Assembly (NCBI RefSeq): GCF_001194135.2
Contig: NC_068983.1
Coordinates: forward strand, 146,981,866 to 147,038,600
DNA from: Octopus bimaculoides
Lineage: Eukaryota
Direction of reading: 5' to 3'
DNA length: 56,735 nt
Position numbers and translations under genes: made by a program. This document shows positions 54,495 to 56,735 of the stretch, piece by piece (positions within the stretch are counted from its first letter, which is position 1; the number at the start of each line of letters is the position of its first letter). The notes below the pieces were generated by a model. The model ran no database searches. It saw only the letters and a list, made by a program, of their open reading frames with translations, and was not told the origin of the DNA.

Positions 54495-55924
54495 TAGAGG
54501 TTGGACAAAATAATGGAAACACCTAGCATCATAGCATCATAATTTTGAAATATCTATAACACTGACAAAAGCTTGTTTATTTTTTGTTTTTTGATTTATT
54601 GTTAGTGTTGCTTAATATGTTTTTCTAAAATTGCTGTTTCTTTTCAGATAGCATGAGAAAAAGGTAATTAAAATTCATTAAAATGACAAATCTATTGGAC
54701 TTCTCCTTTGAATACAAGAGGGAACTCGATGTATAGGCTGAGTGAATGTTGGGCTGTGTCACAGGCCAGTTGGGGAGAGACACAATGTAGAAAAGGAAAG
54801 CTGTATCTTTTCAGATATCATCAGAAAAAAGTAATTAAAATTCATTAAAATAACAGATCTATCAGACTTTCAAAGAGGTCAAATTGTTGGTGCTCGTATG
54901 GCAAGTGCTAGCAAAATGAAAACAGCCAAAATGTTTGGTGTATCGAGAAGTGCTGTCTCGAAAGTAATGACAGCCTTTAAGAAAGAAGGAAAGACCTCCT
55001 CGTCAAAACAAAACTCTGGAAGAAAACCAAAACTTTCAAATAGGGACCGTTGGACTCTTACGCAAATTGTTAGAAAAGATCACAAAAGTACAGCTCCCAA
55101 TATTACTGCAGAGCTTAATGACCATCTCAGTTTCCACAAAAATTGTTCACCGGGAGCTTCACAAAGCCAGATTTCATGGGAGGGATTCAATCAGAAAACC
55201 ACTACTTTCAAACCCAAATTTTGCAAAGCGTTTAGAGGGGAGTAAAAACCTACAGAATTGGTCCCTAGAGCAATGGAAGAATGTTATTTTCTCGGACGAG
55301 TCATCCTTTACTTTATTTCTGATCGCCAGCAGAGTATACCTGTGGAGACAGCCAAAAGAAGCATTTGACCCAGACTGCCTTCTTCTAACTGGAGGAGGAT
55401 CTGTGATGATCTGGGCGGGGTAGGAGCTATATCTTGGAAATCCACCAGCCCAATGGTTTCCCTTCATGGTAGAATTAATAGTCAAGACTATTTAAGCATT
55501 TTATCTGATCAAATTCATCCTATGGTTGCAGAACTGTTTCTGGAGGGAAATGCAATCTTTCAGGATGATAATGCATCAATTCACACAGCTAAATTTTTTA
55601 CTGAATGGCACGAGGAACATTCTAGTGAAGTTGAACATCTTATCTGGCCACCACAGTCCCAAGATCTTAATGTTATTGAACATTTATGGTGCATTTTAGA
55701 AAAACAAGTAAGGAGTCGATATCCTCCACCATCATCACTACAAGAACTGGAGACTTTTTCAGCTGAAGAATGGACAAAAATTCCTTTGGAAACAATTCAA
55801 ACTTTGTACAAGTCCATACCTTGTAGAATTCAAGCTGTAATTACTGCCAAAGGTGGTCCTACCCAGTATTAAAATAAATTTGTTTGAAATTTTAAGGTGC
55901 TTCCATTATTTTGTCGAACCCCTG
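54495..55924 (+). mobile_element. Tc1-like DNA transposon with frameshifted transposase (DD36E spacing), 1430 bp
   Basis: 30-bp TIRs (tagaggttggacaaaataatggaaacacct / aggtgcttccattattttgtcgaacccctg) with TA flanks at 54493-94 and 55925-26. ORFs 54898-55245, 55067-55423 (FSDES) and 55453-55872 (QDDNA...DLNVIEHLW). Confidence 0.92.
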
Positions 55925-55970
55925 TATCTATTATTTTATTCTAAGTGTGAAGAAATATTGTATTACTTAC

Positions 55971-56100
55971 TTTTGACCGAAACTCCGACACAGCACTTGA
56001 GATTGAACTGTAAAGTCTCCTGATGTGCAAACCGCTGTCCATTTACCGCTAACATAAACTTTAACTAAGCCATCATAGCCCATGGAGACATCTCCTTGAA
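55971..56100 (-). CDS. Exon 1 of the traced chain: N-terminal half of SRCR domain
   Basis: tcttttcttttttttaaag acceptor and gtaagt donor; phase 1/2; QGDVSMGYDGLVKVYVSGKWTAVCTSGDFTVQSQVLCRSFGQ (GxVxV..GxWxxVC...VxCRxxG motif). Confidence 0.88.
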
Positions 56101-56735
56101 CTTTAAAAAAAGAAAAGAATAACACACATGTATATATATATATATGTACTAACAGAAATGTCCAGCGTTGCCTGGATTAAAGAAAATAATGAAATTCGAA
56201 AATGCCTTTTAGATCTCTAACATGACACATGGATTATGCAGTTCTCAACAGTAATTAGCTGAGGTACAAACTATTAATGTCAATAACATATTTTGTCCAA
56301 TGTTCTCACTGTTAAAATTGTTTTAAAATAACAGGTAGTTCTTTGTCTTTGCAATCACCTTCAATTGTCAGTACTTATTTGAAACATATTGAACCTGAAA
56401 TTGCATACACTTGAGAAGAACCAGCCTGCAGGCAGTCCTCTCCTGTTAAAAAGTACATCAACTCCATGCAAAATACATTTAAATGAGCATTCATTATAAC
56501 GGCATTCCCACATGCATTCTTTTCAAGTTATTTCGATGTTACACTCGCTTGCCCTAAGCCTTATTGCAAGCAAATGGAGAAAACGTTCACTGCGTATATA
56601 TCGATCGCTGTACGCCAGCGTCTAACAGCTTTGGCATTTTAATGCACAAAAAATTGAAATTATTTTTTTCTGTGCCTCTGATTAAAATTTTCGAAAAACA
56701 AACCCAGCCACATTACTTGGAAAAAAATAATCTTT

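Noticed and set aside
56154-56171. Possible 18-nt micro-exon (GNAGHF, phase 1/1) just upstream of the SRCR exon
   Set aside because: The acceptor is good, but it needs a 53-nt intron with a weak gttagt donor. No ATG or signal-peptide exon was found in 56100-56735, so the 5' end is left unresolved.

Overview
AT-rich, repeat-dense eukaryotic genomic DNA from a gapped short-read assembly. The repeat repertoire looks like a coleoid cephalopod, most likely Octopus; this is an inference from repeat recognition, not a database hit. The whole window is the interior of one large minus-strand gene. I traced 15 coding exons by hand (56100 down to 665; 2796 nt, about 930 codons), all with GT-AG sites and consistent phases. 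They encode one 6-Cys SRCR domain followed by five complete tandem MAM domains and the start of a sixth, with no LDLa spacers. The start codon and the true 3' end are not resolved. The MAM domains share a non-canonical cysteine arrangement (third Cys moved to a WxxxC motif) and alternate between two types. The introns hold RTE-, CR1- and R4/Dong-like LINE fragments, tRNA-derived SINEs, four Tc1/mariner relics (one with DD36E spacing), TTAA-flanked foldback MITEs, a clean solo LTR and many microsatellites. I found no prokaryotic-type system, CRISPR array, rRNA or intact tRNA gene. The best candidate for something undescribed is the SRCR-(MAM)n protein itself. A SINE/LINE 3' hairpin with compensatory base changes is the best mobile-element observation.
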